DNA of 64,000 nt from Macrostomum lignano (lineage: Eukaryota). The position numbers and the translations under genes were made by a program. The stretch spans positions 1 through 64,000 of the forward strand of contig NIVC01002716.1 in assembly GCA_002269645.1 (NCBI GenBank). The letters are read 5' to 3'. This document shows, piece after piece, positions 50,304 to 60,919 of the stretch; position 1 is the stretch's first letter, and each line of letters opens with the position of its first letter. Below the pieces are notes generated by a model. That model saw only the letters and a list, made by a program, of their open reading frames with translations, had not been told where the DNA came from and ran no database searches.

Positions 50304-51339
50304 CTACACAATGTTATTCCGCTTAATCAGACACCGGATGGCCTCCGACCGTTCAGCGGCCAGCACCAACTCCGGGTCCAGCGCGGCGGCGATCTCGTAG
50401 TGCTTAGCGGCCTCAAGCCAGTCATTGGAGCCGGCGTGGATGTTGGCCAGGGCCATGTGGCCCGCCGCAGTCGGCTGAGACTGCGCGAACGCCAGGTCGA
50501 TCAGGACGAAGGCCAGACGCCGGCCGACTTCATCATACAGACCGAGCAGCTCGGCGAGGCCCAGCAGAGCCACGTGCCTCGCACCTGCTGGCGCCCAGTC
50601 GTGGGCGGTCAGCAGGCACTCGAACGCGGCCGTGTGGTTGCCATGGCGACGGTGCTGCAGCGCTGCCAGCGCGGCCGAGGCCCAGGCCTCCGAGGACGGC
50701 GTGCCCGGCCGCCGGTTCGGCACCAGCCTGGCAATCTCGGCCTCGTTGTTCGCCATGTCCGAGCCGAGGTCCGACCAGCGCAAGCCCAGGCCGGACAGCA
50801 GTTCGGCCAGCTGGCCGCCCAGCCGCTTATTGGCCTCGGATAAGGCGGCAACCGGCTCAGCGTCCGGACGGAAGAATTTCCGGCCAAGCTGGGCCTCGGC
50901 CAGCAGCCGGCGAAGTTGCTGCTGGCCTTCGCGCAGCGGTGCTGAGAAAGTGGAGGCGGCAGGCGCCGCGGGGCCCTGCTGGAGCATCTGCTGCTGCTGT
51001 TGTTGCTGCTGCTGGGTGTCCTCGGCCAGCAGGTCGGCCGCAGTGGTCGGGCAGGCGGGCGCCGCGCCAGAGGCCAGCGACTCAGCTGTGGCGGCGGGGA
51101 GTCGGGTGTCGTTGGCCTCCATGTCTGCGGCCGCGGCAACAGAGTCGCTCGAGTTCGCCGCCATCTCGTTGCCGCCGCTGGCATTTTTTGACACCGCAGG
51201 CGCCGAGGCCTGGCGGAGTCGCCGCTGGAAATCGAGGTGCAGCCGGCGCCGCTTGTGCAGCCGGGATAGCCGGTCCAGCAGCAGGTCGCCCGGCCAGGTG
51301 GGCGGCGCGGGTTCCGCAAGGCTGGCGGCAGATGGACAG
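50304..51339 (-). CDS. TTC17: TTC17 exon 9 (C-terminal TPRs)
   Basis: WASAALAALQHRRHGNHTAAFECL...HMALANIHAGSNDWLEAAKHYEIAAALDP; acceptor CCTGCAG, phase 2. Confidence 0.8.
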
Positions 51340-51367
51340 CTGCAGGATAAAGTGGGGAGCTGGTATA

Positions 51368-51369
<2 letters not shown>

Positions 51370-51416
<47 letters not shown>

Positions 51417-51419
51417 GGC

Positions 51420-51464
<45 letters not shown>

Positions 51465-51467
51465 GGC

Positions 51468-51512
<45 letters not shown>

Positions 51513-51665
51513 GGCAGGCAGACAGGCAGACAGACAGCAGAAAGCGGACAACAGAAAGCGGACAGCGGACAACAGAAAGTGGACAGCAGACAGCAGAACA
51601 TGGACAGCAGACGGCAGAGAGCGGACAGCGGACAACAGAAAGTGGACAGAGACAACAGAACATGG
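51370..51665 (+). repeat. (CAGA)n plus CGGACAACAGAAAG-type repeats in TTC17 intron 8
   Basis: Visible. Confidence 0.9.
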
Positions 51666-51674
51666 ACAGCATAC

Positions 51675-51968
51675 CCCTCCAGGTTCAGCTGGCTCAGCGG
51701 GGGTCTCCCGGCCTGCAGCAGCTCGGCGTGCCGGTCGATGAGCCTCTGCAGTCGGTTGACGAACTCGACGGTCTCGGCGAGGACCTTCGCTGCTGCAGTG
51801 GCGGCGGCGAGTTTCTGGCAGCCGGGCGACTGCGAGCTGTCGTTGAAGACCACGCAGTCAGCTCCAGACGGGTCGGCAGCGGCACCGCTGCGGTCAGAGT
51901 TGAACAGCAGGCCCTTGATCACAGCCTGGCTGTTGTCCTTGCGCGGCAGCAGGTGAATGTGCGGCACC
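51675..51968 (-). CDS. TTC17: TTC17 exon 8
   Basis: AG/GT bounded, phase 2/2; VPHIHLLPRK...NLEG. Confidence 0.7.
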
Positions 51969-52144
51969 CTGCGGATTGGCAGTCATTGGCAGTCATGGAT
52001 GCTTTATTGGGATGGGTTCATGGACTCAAGAGGATCTGTAAGAATAGAGCGCAAGGGTCCAAGACAGGACACCATAATAGAATAGTTGCCAGTTTGACAG
52101 CGTGTCAGCGTCATCTAAGTACCCCGAGGACCTCTGAGGTACCC

Positions 52145-52590
52145 ACAGGACACACTCAGGTACCCTCAGGACAGCCGCACAGATACCCCCGGACACAGCC
52201 GCCCAGCTACTCCCCGGACACAGCCGCACAGATACCCCTGGACACAGCCGCCCAGCTACTCCCCGGACACAGCCGCACAGATACCCTCGGACACAGCCGC
52301 CCAGCTACTCCCCGGACACAGCCCACAGATACCCCGGACACAGCCGCCCAGCTACTCCCCGGACACAGCCGCCCAGCTACTCCCGGACACAGCCCACAGA
52401 TACCCCCGGACACAGCCGCCCAGCTACTCCCCGGACACAGCCGCCCAGCTACTCCCCGGACACAGCCGCACGCCCGCACAGATACCCCCGGACACAGCCC
52501 GGACAGCCGCCCAGCTACTCCCAGGACACAGCTGCACAGATACCCCGGACACAGCCGCACAGATACCCCCGGACACAGCACAGATGCACA
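52145..52590 (+). repeat. Compound minisatellite CCCGGACACAGCCGC(CCAGCTACTC/ACAGATACC) in TTC17 intron 7
   Basis: Visible. Confidence 0.9.
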
Positions 52591-52604
52591 GCCAGACAGC
52601 TCAC

Positions 52605-52907
52605 TTGAAGGCGATGGAATTGGCGGGCGCAAGGCACTCGGAAGCCGAGTACTGCATGTAGTGGGAGTACAGGTCGCAGATCTTCTCCTGAAAGTGCGCC
52701 CGCAGCTCCGCACAGGCGTGCCGGCCGCGGCAGGGCCGGTCCGGATCGAACGGGCTGCTGGCGCTGTGACCGCCGATCCCGGCGGCTTCGGCCGAGCGGC
52801 GCTGGCACCGGACAGCGGCCAGCCTGGCGGTGAGGTCGGCGGCCCGCTCCGGGTCCTGGCGCATGGCGGCCAGATAGTGCGCCTCAGCTCCGGAGTAATT
52901 GGAGAGG
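52605..52907 (-). CDS. TTC17: TTC17 exon 7
   Basis: LSNYSGAEAHYLAAMRQDP...LAAVRC; phase 2/2. Confidence 0.75.
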
Positions 52908-53042
52908 CTGGGCGAGAGTGTTAAGTTAAATATATATTGTAAAATAATGTTGAGAAGGGCGACTGGAAATTAAACAGACTTAGTGGCACAGGGACAGCAC
53001 ACAGCGGTAGCATATTCTTGGATATTGCTCAGGCTGTACCTG

Positions 53043-53215
53043 AGGGTTGTAGCTCAGTGGTCAGAGCGTCGGACTCACGAATGAAAGGTCAGGAGTTCGA
53101 TTCTCGACCCACTCAACAATTTGTGTCCTTGAGCAAGACATTTAAGTCTGCATTGCTTCAGTTCACTCAGCTGTGAAATGGGTGCCAGCATTAGCTGGGG
53201 TAATTGATGGTGTGC
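53043..53215 (+). mobile_element. tRNA-derived SINE with a CORE-like central domain
   Basis: A-box TAGCTCAGTGG, B-box GAGTTCGATTC, then GTGTCCTTGAGCAAGACATTTAA...CTTCAGTTCACTCAGCTGTGAAATGGG resembling the MIR/CORE consensus. Confidence 0.8.
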
Positions 53216-53298
53216 GTGGTGACCCCTTCCCCCCCCCCCCCAGTCTTTGGACTGAACAGCCGTACGCAGCCTTCAGATACAGCTGCGGCTGAGCTGTC

Positions 53299-55900
53299 GG
53301 TTACACAGGTAACAGCACAGGTGGTTTCACAGGTAACAGCACAGGTGGTTTCACAGGTAACAGCACAGGTGGTTACACAGGTAACAGCAGAGGTGGTTAC
53401 ACAGGTAACAGCACAAGTGGTTACACAGGTAACAGCAGAGGTGGTTGCACAGATAACAGCACAGGTGGTTACACAGGTAACAGCAGAGGTGGTTTCACAG
53501 GTAACAGCACAGGTGGTTACACAGGTAACAGCACAAGTGGTTACACAGGTAACAGCACAGGTGGTTACACAGGTAACAGCACAGGTGGTTACACAGGTAA
53601 CAGCACAGGTGGTTTCACAGGTAACAGGAGAGGTGGTTACACAGGTAACAGCACAGGTGGTTACACAGGTAACAGTACAGGTGGTTACACAGGTAACAGC
53701 ACAAGTGGTTACACAGGTAACAGCACAGGTGGTTTCACAGGTAACAGCACAGGTGGTTACACAGGTAACAGCACAGGTGGTTACACAGGTAACAGCACAA
53801 GTGGTTACACAGGTAACAGCACAGGTGGTTTCACAGGTAACAGCACAGGTGGTTACACAGGTAACAGCACAGGTGGTTACACAGGTAACAGCACAGGTGG
53901 TTTCACAGGTAACAGGAGAGGTGGTTACACAGGTAACAGCACAGGTGGTTACACAGGTAACAGCACAGGTGGTTGCACAGATAACAGCACAGGTGGTTAC
54001 ACAGGTAACAGCACAGGTGGTTTCACAGGTAACAGCACAGGTGGTTACACAGGTAACAGCAGAGGTGGTTTCACAGGTAACAGCACAGGTGGTTACACAG
54101 GTAACAGCACAAGTGGTTACACAGGTAACAGCACAGGTGGTTACACAGGTAAAAGCACAGGTGGTTACACAGGTAACAGCACAGGTGGTTACACAGGTAA
54201 CAGCACAGGTGGTTTCACAGGTAACAGCACAGGTGGTTACACAGGTAACAGCACAGGTGGTTACACAGGTAACAGCACAGGTGGTTACACAGGTAACAGC
54301 ACAAGTGGTTACACAGGTAACAGCACAGGTGGTTTCACAGGTAACAGCACAGGTGGTTACACAGGTAACAGCACAGGTGGTTACACAGGTAACAGCACAA
54401 GTGGTTACACAGGTAACAGCACAGGTGGTTTCACAGGTAACAGCACAGGTGGTTACACAGGTAACAGCACAGGTGGTTACACAGGTAACAGCACAGGTGG
54501 TTTCACAGGTAACAGGAGAGGTGGTTACACAGGTAACAGCACAGGTGGTTACACAGGTAACAGCAGAGGTGGTTACACAGGTAACAGCACAAGTGGTTAC
54601 ACAGGTAACAGCACAGGTGGCTTCACAGGTAACAGCACAGGTGGTTACACAGGTAACAGCACAGGTGGTTACACAGGTAACAGCACAGGTGGTTTCACAG
54701 GTAACAGCACAGGTGGTTTCACAGGTAACAGCACAGGTGGTTACACAGGTAACAGCACAGGTGGTTACACAGGTAACAGCACAGGTGGTTACACAGGTAA
54801 CAGCACAGATAGTTACACAGTTAACAGCACAGGTGGTTACACAGGTAACAGCACAGGTGGTTACACAGGTAAAAGCACAGGTAGTTTCACAGGTAACAGC
54901 ACAGGTGGTTACACAGGTAACAGCAGAGGTGGTTACACAGGTAACAGCACAAGTGGTTACACAGGTAACAGCACAGGTGGTTTCACAGGTAACAGCACAG
55001 GTGGTTACACAGGTAACAGCACAGGTGGTTACACAGGTAACAGCACAGGTGGTTTCACAGGTAACAGCACAGGTGGTTACACAGGTAACAGCACAGGTGG
55101 TTTCACAGGTAACAGCACAGGTGGTTACACAGGTAACAGCACAGGTGGTTACACAGTTAACAGCACAGGTGGTTTCACAGGTAACAGCACAGGTGGTTAC
55201 ACAGGTAACAGCACAGGTGGTTACACAGGTAACAGCACAGGTGGTTTCACAGGTAACAGCACAGGTGGTTACACAGGTAACAGCACAGGTGGTTACACAG
55301 GTAACAGCACAGGTGGTTTCACAGGTAACAGCACAGGTGGTTACACAGGTAACAGCACAGGTGGTTACACAGTTAACAGCACAGGTGGTTTCACAGGTAA
55401 CAGCACAGGTGGTTACACAGGTAACAGCACAGGTGGTTACACAGGTAACAGCACAGGTGGTTACACAGGTAACAGCACAGATAGTTACACAGTTAACAGC
55501 ACAGGTGGTTACACAGGTAACAGCAGAGGTGGTTACACAGGTAACAGCACAGGTAGTTTCACAGGTAACAGCACAGGTGGTTACACAGGTAACAGCACAG
55601 GTGGTTACACAGGTAACAGCACAGGTGGTTACACAGGTAACAGCACAGGTGGTTACACAGGTAACAGCACAGGTGGTTACACAGGTAACAGCACAGGTGG
55701 TTACACAGGTAACAGCACAGGTGGTTACACAGGTAACAGCACAGGTGGTTACACAGGTAACAGCACAGGTGGTTACACAGGTAACAGCACAGGTGGTTAC
55801 ACAGGTAACAGCACAGGTGGTTACACAGTTAACAGCACAGGTGGTTACACAGGTAGCAGCACAGGTGGTTACACAGGTAACAGCACAGGTAGTTTCACAG
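53299..55900 (+). repeat. 24-bp minisatellite GGTTACACAGGTAACAGCACAGGT, about 108 copies, in TTC17 intron 6
   Basis: 8-aa periodic ORFs on both strands; lies between phase-compatible exons. Confidence 0.97.
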
Positions 55901-55911
55901 GTGCCCCATAC

Positions 55912-56445
55912 CCAGCAAGCAGGTGGCCATGCATAGCATGCACAGCGGGCTCCAAGGCGCCGGGTCCGGCCAAGGCATCCGCAGTGAGGCTGGCCGCGTC
56001 GGCCAGGTGTCCGGAGCGGGCCAGCATGCCGGCCAGACAGAGCAGCGGCACGTCCCTGTAGTTGTCCGGCGCCAGGAAGATCGCGCGGCGCAGACAATCG
56101 ACGCTGCGTCTTGGACTGGCTCGGACGCGCCAAAAAGCACCGGCCAGGGTGAACAGCGCCCACTGCGGGCCGCCCCGGCCGGAGCGCAGGCCAGTCAGCA
56201 GGCGCTGTCCGAGATCGTCCAGGTGCATGCGGAGTGACAGGCCGCCAAGCAGCGGCTCGGCCGGCTCCGGCTGCATGGAAGCAAAGCCGTCCATTGGCTG
56301 GCGCTGCTGATGACGGCTGCTGGACGCAGACGATTGCTGGCCCACGGACGGGTCGGCGGCCCGGGCGAGTTTCACAGCCTCCAAGTGGTCGCCTGTGAGC
56401 CGGCTGGGCTGCGGATCCGGGAACTCGGAGCAGTCTGGCGGATAC
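55912..56445 (-). CDS. TTC17: TTC17 exon 6 (second TPR cluster)
   Basis: WYPPDC...PQWALFTLAGAFWRVRASPRRSVDCLRRAIFLAPDNYRDVPLLCLAGML. Confidence 0.85.
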
Positions 56446-56459
56446 CTGAAGTGGCCAAG

Positions 56460-56790
56460 GCGAATGGAACCAACAGTTGCTAAGGGAAATGCTTTGGAAC
56501 CAACCGTTGCTAAGGGAAATGCTTTGGAACCAACCTTTGCGAAGGCGAATGATTTGGAGCCAACCGTTGCTAAGGGGAATGATTTAGAACCAACCGTTGC
56601 TAAGGGGAATGCTCGCTATCACCGGTTTGCTAAGGTGCATTGCCTCGTTATTAACGGTTGCTAAGATGCATAGCTTCGCTATCAACGGTTGCTAAGGACC
56701 ATAGCTTCGCTATCAACGGTTGCTAAGGACCACAGCTTCGCTATCAACGGTTGCTAAGGACCATAGCTTTGCTTTCAACGGTTGCCAAGG
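56460..56790 (+). repeat. 30-bp and 31-bp tandem repeats sharing GTTGCTAAG in TTC17 intron 5
   Basis: Visible. Confidence 0.85.
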
Positions 56791-56808
56791 TGCAGTGCTC
56801 AGACTTAC

Positions 56809-57194
56809 CAGGGCAGCGGGTGCTCGTCGCCAATCCGAATGCCCAGGCCGTCAGTCAGCATGGCAACGGATTCGAATCCTTTGTTCTCCAGAGGCACATG
56901 CTCCGAAGGCACGGACTGCAGGTCGCTGCCACTGGTCTCGCCGTGGGATCTGCACTCGGACGGCGAAGGGAAGGCGCTGGCGTTAACCAGGTAGCGCAGA
57001 GCTTCGGGCAGGTCGATTCTTGGTGCTTGGTGCACAGGCGGTCGGCGCGGCTGGCTGAAGTCCGCCGCCGACGGCTGCAGGCTTGGCGAAGACGCCGAAG
57101 ACGAGGCGGCGGCGGCGGTCGGTTGAGCGGCTGGCGACAAAGACGGATGCCGGGCAAGGTACTCCTGGTAGGCGGCCTCTGAGGCTTTACGGGC
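56809..57194 (-). CDS. TTC17: TTC17 exon 5
   Basis: GCGCAG acceptor, TG|GTAAGT donor; phases fit neighbours. Confidence 0.7.
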
Positions 57195-57557
57195 CTGCGC
57201 AGATCCGGCAGAAAAAAATTTCGGATAGCAAAACACTTGCTTACATACCAATGCTCGCTGGTAGTGGTCTAGGATACTACTGTCCTCTATTACTCATACT
57301 TGGGGGAGCTGCGCGAGGAGGGGAGAAGAGGGACGTTAGAGACAGGATTGGGAACATCGAGAGGAGGGGAGGGAGAGGAAAAGGAGGCAGATGAGGCAGA
57401 TGAGGAAGAGGGGAGGATGGTAGAAGGGAGAGGATGGGGAGAAGGGAGAGGATGGGGATGAGAGAGAGGATGGGGGAGAGGGAGAGGAAGGAGAGGAGGG
57501 GGAGAGGATAGGGAGAAGGGAGAGGTGGGGAGAGGAGAGGAGAGAAGGTCCGCTCAC

Positions 57558-57917
57558 CTGCAGAGGCGCAACCTCGCTGGCCGCGAGCTCCTTAGCCCTG
57601 GCCAGCGCCTCGGACCTCGCATGGAAGCGCTGGACGCGCGCCATCGCGGCGCCAACCTGACGGTTCTGCTGGCGCAGGCTGGATTCGAGGCCAAGCTGGC
57701 AGCGAACTGCGGCCGCTTTGCGCTGAGCGTCGGCGCGCAAAGCTAAAACGGCGCCGGCCGAAGGCGCCGCTTTGCTGGTGAGGCTGCTGTCGGACGGAGT
57801 CGCCTCAGGAAGCGACGGCTTCTCGGCTTTCCCAGACTTTTTATCGCCAGTGGCTGGCTGCTGCTGCTGCTGTTTCTCCGCGGCCGGCGGCGAGCTCAGC
57901 GGCAAAGCCAGGGCGGA
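57558..57917 (-). CDS. TTC17: TTC17 exon 4 (coiled coil)
   Basis: AAAVRCQLGLESSLRQQNRQV resembles human HAVLCQQKLEQKLEAQHRSL; phase 0/0. Confidence 0.8.
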
Positions 57918-58148
57918 CTGGAGAAAAAAGGCGAACAAAATATTTCCATTTTTACTGACAGTAGAGCAGTGTGAAAACTTATCTATGACTGTCACAAATA
58001 GTAAATACACATTTAATAGACGAATTAAATAAACGGGAAAATGTGTTTTGTTCTACTGCAAGTAGACAGCATGGAGCATCACCTAATTTTAGAAAGACCG
58101 AAAATTCTCATTTTGCCTGTAGCTTTCAATAAAGGCTGCCAGGCTCAC

Positions 58149-58338
58149 CTGATAAGCCCGCAGAGCGGCTGGAAAGTCGGCCAGCAGAGTCAGCACGTTG
58201 CCTAGCAACATGTAGGCCGCCTGGGAGCGCGAATTTATAGCCAGAGCGGAGCGCAGCACAGTCAAAGCGTCGGAGTGGCGCTTAGCGGCGTGCAGGAGGC
58301 TGGCGAGGTTCAGCAGCACCGCGTCTCGGCTGTGGTGG
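58149..58338 (-). CDS. TTC17: TTC17 exon 3 (TPR)
   Basis: DAVLLNLASLLH...AYMLLGNVLTLL (human DIALVNLANVLH...YYTLGNIYAML). Confidence 0.9.
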
Positions 58339-58514
58339 CTGCAGCGACGGGGAGGCACTGGATGCACCGTGCTGACGAGTTTAGGCAGGCAGACAGACAG
58401 ACAAACAGGCAGACAGACAGAGAAAGATAAACAGACAGACAGGCAGACAGACAGACAAACAGGCAGACAGACAGAGAAAGAGAGGCAGACAGACAGGCAG
58501 ACAGACAGACGCAC

Positions 58515-58803
58515 CTGGCAAGCCGCAGGGCCCGCAGCGCACACTCGGCAGCCCTGGGCGCGTCCCCCTTGATCCGCCAGTAGTAGCTGGCCATGTTGTG
58601 CAGGTGCCAGGAGCTGGCGTTGGCCGCCATGGCCTCCCGATGAGGTGTCCGTATTGGTCCGGCGTCAGGCCGCCCGGCACGGCCGTCCGGTACAGGAAAA
58701 TGTCGGGCGGAGCCTCCAATTCGGCGCGGTGGCGCACCGAGGCCACGTGCTCAAGCGAGTCCATTGAGAAGGGCAGCTCCATGGCAGCCTCGCAGTCGGG
58801 CAC
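58515..58803 (-). CDS. TTC17: TTC17 exon 2, with one missing base in a G-run near 58637
   Basis: PDCEAAMELPFSMDSLEH and NASSWHLHNMASYYWRIKG (human NTSSWVLYNMASFYWRIKN). Confidence 0.9.
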
Positions 58804-58974
58804 CTGGACAGGCCGGGGGGGAGGAAGGGCAGGGTGGATATGAAGGATACTCGACTGAGAAGGACAAGAACGAGACAGACACAAAACTCTGAAGATGAGA
58901 CATAGAGAAAGGCCAAAAAGACAAGCAAAAGAACCTTAAAGAAAACACATTGGGATGGGATCAAGTGCAAAGCG

Positions 58975-59232
58975 GTTGAGCCAGACAAGTAGGCAGACAA
59001 AAGTGCAAGTTCAGACAAAAGTGCAAGGCGGGTCAGCTAGACAAGTAGGCAGACAAAAGTGCAAGTTCAGACAAAAGTGCAAGGCGGGTCAGCTAGACAA
59101 GTAGGCAGACAAAAGTGCAAGTTCAGACAAAAGTGCAAGGCGGGTCAGCTAGACAAGTAGGCAGGCAAAAGTGCAAGGCGGGTCAGCCAGACAAGTAGGC
59201 AGACAAAAGTGCAAGTTCAGACAAAAGTGCAA
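58975..59232 (+). repeat. 56-bp tandem repeat in TTC17 intron 1
   Basis: Period 56 (58983 to 59039). Confidence 0.9.
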
Positions 59233-59246
59233 GGTGGGAGGCGCAC

Positions 59247-59719
59247 CAGCAGGCTGACGGCTCGCCAGGCTGTGTCGGGCTTGGCCCCCAGATCCAGGCC
59301 CGGGTCCAGGGGCACGGACACGAACAAGTCGAGGTCCTGCAGCGGCTTCCCGGCGGCTACGCAGTCGGCGTTGCTCCGCTGAAACTGTTCAACAAAAGCG
59401 TCGTCCTTGGCCGGCATGGACTCCAGCGTGGCGTCGGACTCGGCCAGCTCGCGCTCCAGGCTGTCCAGCAGCTGCAGCCGCTCCCACTGGCGCAGCCACT
59501 CGGCCAGGTCGGCCGGCCGGCGCATGGACAGCCGGGATTGCTCGGCCGGCAGCGGCTGCGGCAGGCCGCCATCTGGGGAGGCCACCCAGTGGGTTGAGGC
59601 CGATGCGGGCAAAGGATGAGGAGGCCAGACTGGCTGGATGAGCAGCAGCAGCAGCTGCACCAGGTACTGCAGTGGCTTTGACTGCTGCAGATTTAAGGAT
59701 GGCAAAAATTTGGTTGCAT
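59247..59719 (-). CDS. TTC17: TTC17 exon 1 (signal-peptide-like stretch and N-terminal domain); start unresolved
   Basis: STHWVASPDG, MRRPADL and DCVAAGKPLQDLDLF match human TTHWVVTEDG, LKHPHDL and DCIKAKVPLGDLDLY. ATG at 59719 is in frame only if a T-run lacks one base. Confidence 0.85.
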
Positions 59720-59789
59720 CGTTTCTTCTCTAGAGCTCAGCAGTGCTATGCTGTGATCAAGGCTATGGCTATAGACTATGGCAACTTTA

Positions 59790-59895
59790 GTAAAATGGCT
59801 CAAGAGTACAAGACTCTGAAACCTGCAGTTGCTTTAGTTCACCAAGCTATAGAATGGATACCAGCATTAGCTGGGATAATTGACAGTGTGCACGT
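59790..59895 (+). mobile_element. Decayed partial copy of the 53043 SINE
   Basis: TTGCTTTAGTTCACCAAGCTATAGAATGGATACCAGCATTAGCTGGGATAATTGACAGTGTGC aligns to 53153-53217. Confidence 0.75.
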
Positions 59896-60351
59896 ATGTG
59901 GTGAGTAGCCATGTGAGTAGCCATGCACTGCTTAATAGCTACAAGCTACATAATATGCAATAGCATATCTGCCTTTTAGGAGATATTTAATCAATTATTG
60001 TTATTATTACTATTATTAGCATATAATTTCTTTTTATTAGCACTTCTTTGTTGATAGTTTTTTATTAATTAAAATATGTTAACATTGCATTTTCTATGAA
60101 ACAGATTAAAATAAAAGTTTTATTGGTATTTTTCAAATGGAAAATACTGATTCTTGTGTTTTTGTATTTTTCAAAAAGTTCTAGCACAGTGCAAGCAGAC
60201 TTCTTTGAATAGGAATAGTTTTAGTACATGTAGCCACCAAACTTTTTTAATAATATTTTTCTGGCACATGGCAAAATCAAACTTATTTGATAGGATTTGT
60301 TCTAGTGTAGGCATGCCATGATCCTGACTATGGAATCTATGTACTGTCCAT

Positions 60352-60919
60352 TAGAGGTGTCATTAGAGCTTGACAACATGAGATTCAAGATGAGATCTTG
60401 AAATTTTTTCTCATCTCAAGAAATCTCAACTTTTGTGAAAAGTTTCGAGATGAGATTTGAGAAATTGAGAAATTTTTTAGATTGCTAAAAACAAAATTTT
60501 TGATTAAGAAAGTATATGAAAAGGCAAGATTTTTTTCAAAACACCTAAATACTATTGTTGAACCTGTGCTTTTTGTTTGAATATTTTAGCAAGACGATTT
60601 TGAAATGGATAAATTCTGTGATAGGTTAGGTTAGTTGAGCAGTTTTATATCATTGTAATAAATGCAAACATAATTATAAATTCTAACATATAAACTTGTT
60701 CTAATACACATTTTTGTTATCGTTATAGTCTTGCAACAAGGTGATTCAGTAGTAAACTCAAAGGATCTGCTGATCTTATGGTGTATTTGTTATAATGAGA
60801 TAAATTATATTTTCAAATATTTTTTTAATCTTATCCCATCTTGTCTCAAAATTTCTCAACTTCAGACTTTTTTGTCTCAAATTTCATCTTAGTCCAAATC
60901 TCAATTTCTGATAGCTCTA
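60352..60919. mobile_element. Old hAT-type non-autonomous element
   Basis: TIR TAGAGGTGTCA vs TAGAGCTATCA; TSD CTGTCCAT vs CTATCTAT; inverted GAGATGAGA/TCTCA subterminal repeats. Confidence 0.65.

Noticed and set aside
53191-56163. 910-aa and 990-aa mucin- or metallothionein-like ORFs
   Set aside because: Translations of a stop-free 24-bp array inside TTC17 intron 6; the flanking exons join in phase without it
59672-59908. 78-aa plus-strand ORF opposite the TTC17 start
   Set aside because: Largely overlaps a decayed SINE; no recognisable protein features
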